DNA of 64,000 nt. It comes from Fistulifera solaris. Its lineage: Eukaryota. The notes under the pieces are model-generated. The model worked only from the letters and a program-made list of their open reading frames with translations. It ran no database searches and was not told where the DNA came from. The position numbers and the translations under genes were made by a program. The stretch is taken from the NCBI GenBank assembly GCA_030295235.1, contig AP026137.1, positions 930,001-994,000 of the forward strand, in the 5' to 3' direction. Shown here in pieces: positions 61,456-64,000 of this stretch; the stretch's first letter is position 1, and the number at the start of each line of letters is the position of its first letter.

Positions 61456-61911
61456 TTTTCCCGTTTGTTTTTCAGCTCATCATGACTCTTGCTTATAGTC
61501 TCTAGAAAGGTATGTCGGAAAATGTTACGATGAATTTTTTTGCTGTCGGGTTCGAAAATGATGATATTCAAAGAGGACGATATATCATGAGGCGAGGCCG
61601 CTTGTAAACGTACCAGTACCGGTCCGCCTTTTTACACGTATTGACATAAAGCAATTATTACTAAGTGCTCCGTGCACGTCCCCAGTCCCCAGTCCCCAAT
61701 CACGCGGTAAACACGCGATGCAATCGTGCGAGGGCACCAAAAACGTTGTCCACGTTCGTCGATAAGGGAAAAGAGACATCGAAGCATTTATGCACTTCTT
61801 GTTCTCGTTGCTCTTTGTGGAGAAGCAAAGACCCTTGATTGTTGCAAAGAAAGGAGACGCATCCGGCAAAGATTTTGCTTTTTGAAAAGTTTTGACGGAG
61901 GTTAATCGGAA

Positions 61912-62406
61912 ATGACAACACAAACGACACCGGCGTATTATGTCCCCAACAGTGCCTCATCACAGAGGATTGTCGATGTTGTTCCCTATCAAGGAACAAA
62001 CCCTACCGCTCCACCGACGATGGATGATCTTTCTTACTACTATACACCTTCGCCAGCACACTCAACTACAGTAGCCTCGTTTGCCGAACCCTCTCGCGAA
62101 TTGACGCCTTATCAAAGCGAACAGCGAATGACAGCTGTTCCAGCTCCTCCGGCTCTCAGTAATCAACAACAGAAACAAATCAATATGAAAGAGAAACGAA
62201 AACGCATTCAAGCGGCTGCTGCAGTGACGGGAGCTGTCTCGGGATTTTTCGTGGCGGGGCCGTTGGGGAGTGTTGTGTTGGGTTGCACTTCGCATTTAGT
62301 CACAAAACAAGTGTGCAAGAAGCGTGAAAGACGCATTTTGGATAAGAAGTATGATCAGGCGATCGCGCAGCCTCAAGAATTCTCCGATGATGCTGTCTTC
62401 ACTTAA
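61912..62406 (+). CDS. Hypothetical protein with glycine-zipper-like TM segment
   Basis: AAAAVTGAVSGFFVAGPLGSVVLG flanked by basic residues. Confidence 0.6.
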   Translation: MTTQTTPAYYVPNSASSQRIVDVVPYQGTNPTAPPTMDDLSYYYTPSPAHSTTVASFAEPSRELTPYQSEQRMTAVPAPPALSNQQQKQINMKEKRKRIQAAAAVTGAVSGFFVAGPLGSVVLGCTSHLVTKQVCKKRERRILDKKYDQAIAQPQEFSDDAVFT

Positions 62407-62732
62407 CACGTAAAGCTTGAAAGGATTCAACCTACTTCGCAGCGAAGGAAATCATAACATAAGAATACACATAGACAAACAAGTCTCTTCGTTGTTTTTT
62501 GTAAGAAGTGATAGGTGATAACAGGATGTCAAAACAGGCGACAATAGCTAAGATTCCACACGTTCTATAGGTATGTGATTCAAAATATAGTTCAGATTTA
62601 AGGAATAAAAGTTATATTATCATCGATTGCGATTACACATTCCCATTCATCTTCTAAATTCGACTTTCAAACACAATCAAGAAGACATAATAGCATCCAA
62701 ACATTTATTGATTCATAAGGAGTTATTGTCGG

Positions 62733-64000
62733 TTATTCTCGCCACGATTCGTCTGTATTGAGATATTGATACTCTCGAGTTGTCGGATTCCAAACCATTC
62801 CATCTCTTGCTTCCGTCTCCTTGGCAAGAGCGGCTTGACGGAACTTCTCCTGTTCCTCCTCTTCTTTTCGCTGTCGCTCCAAAGCCTGTTGCTGGGCGCG
62901 GATACGCTGTTCTTCTGCTACACGTTCATCGCGTGCCTTTTGTGCCAAAGCATGAATTCCTTGGAACGACGCAATCTTTTGTTCCAACATTTCCGAAAAC
63001 ACAATATCATCTTCATCCTGTTTCAACGCTTTCTCCAACCATGGCAGATACCGTTTCGCTTCTTGTTCCAACACGTGACGTTCTTGAGCAATCGCGTGTA
63101 ACTTTTGGCGTTGCAGTGTCATCTGCTTTTCATCCATACGATTCTGCTGATACGCTTGTTGCAATTCATCTCCGACCAAGTTCGCCAAGTCGTCTGCGGG
63201 CATATTCTGCAATCGCTCATCAATCTTGGCGAGCACCAATTGAGCTCCTTCGTACTGCTGTTGCAGATCGGACAAACGCGTCCACAATTCCAGTAGATTG
63301 CTCGCCGACAAGATGACGCTCCGGCGTTTCCGTGTACCCGAATTCGAATTCTGGGATCCCAAACTACTGCGACGACGTTTGCTAGTATTCGAAGGATCCG
63401 TAGCCTTGTTTTGCAACATTTCATCCAGCGCCGACCCCAGATTGATTTCCACTTCCAGTTTTTTGCGAGCCGGCGGTGGTGGCAAAGATATCTTCGTCAT
63501 CTTCGTCGTCATTGTCTTCCATAATGTTGCGAATATCGTCATCGTCATTAGTACTGCGTGTCGAGGAAGGAGCTTCTGTGGTAGTCGCTGTCGGATCGGG
63601 TGAAGGTCCCGGTGAAAAGACGCTGCCGAAGGAGACAAGGAAGGCAAGGACTGTCGCGGCGTAGTAGCTGGCGCTCGACCGTGACGATACGGTTCTAAAC
63701 CCTGCAAGACATCCCCGATAAAGCGCGTACTATAGACTTGTCGATCTCCCCAAATCTTGATGGTTCGACGGACTTTCTCGACCAAGGTCGGATCTCGCGA
63801 ACAAATGTGAACCAAGGATTGCGAAAGCACCGGACTCATCGCCTCCAAGAACTTGTTACCGCGATTGCGTTTCGAATTTTGTAAGACTTCATTTGCGACA
63901 TAAAGCAAGGGCAAAAGTTGATTATCGACACAAGTCTGCAAGGCATTTCTCCATTCATTGACTGCCACACTAGCACCGCGATCGTAAAACTTCATCATGG
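62733..64000 (-). CDS. CTD-interacting domain protein (RPRD1/Rtt103-like), 5'-truncated
   Basis: LLPLLYVANEVLQNSKR, VRRTIKIWGDRQVYS; coiled coil; probable frameshifts around 63480-63620. Confidence 0.85.
   Translation of the reverse strand, partial: MMKFYDRGASVAVNEWRNALQTCVDNQLLPLLYVANEVLQNSKRNRGNKFLEAMSPVLSQSLVHICSRDPTLVEKVRRTIKIWGDRQVYSTRFIGDVLQGLEPYRHGRAPATTPRQSLPSLSPSAASFHRDLHPIRQRLPQKLLPRHAVLMTMTIFATLWKTMTTKMTKISLPPPPARKKLEVEINLGSALDEMLQNKATDPSNTSKRRRSSLGSQNSNSGTRKRRSVILSASNLLELWTRLSDLQQQYEGAQLVLAKIDERLQNMPADDLANLVGDELQQAYQQNRMDEKQMTLQRQKLHAIAQERHVLEQEAKRYLPWLEKALKQDEDDIVFSEMLEQKIASFQGIHALAQKARDERVAEEQRIRAQQQALERQRKEEEEQEKFRQAALAKETEARDGMVWNPTTREYQYLNTDESWRE

Overview
Gene-dense eukaryotic DNA, most likely a pennate diatom (short GT-AG introns, ASAF-like plastid presequences, diatom-type kinase and secreted Pro/Thr-rich protein); the organism is inferred, not proven. 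Many genes, including essential RPL3, have single-base frameshifts at homopolymers, which points to uncorrected long-read errors rather than pseudogenes. About 30 genes are present: five paralogous secreted/ER-type 2OG-Fe(II) oxygenase-ankyrin genes, MYND finger, HhH-GPD glycosylase, GNAT, NCBP3-like, RPL3, MATE, gamma-CA-like, Mrc1/Claspin-like, MFS, RagA, a complex I subunit, dTMP kinase, protein kinase, kaptin-like, GT10 fucosyltransferase, ABC1 kinase, hybrid histidine kinase, CENP-N-like, MTFP1, a TYW3-Trm5a-like fusion and a CID protein. Non-coding structure includes two related palindrome-rich satellites in opposite orientation, a 33-34 nt minisatellite and a dispersed hairpin element family. 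Top leads: (1) TYW3 fused to an archaeal Trm5a/Taw22-type methyltransferase, suggesting an archaeal-style methylwyosine pathway in a eukaryote; (2) the expanded ER oxygenase-ankyrin family; (3) divergent CENP-N and kaptin homologs. All family calls come from motif recognition by eye; no searches were run.
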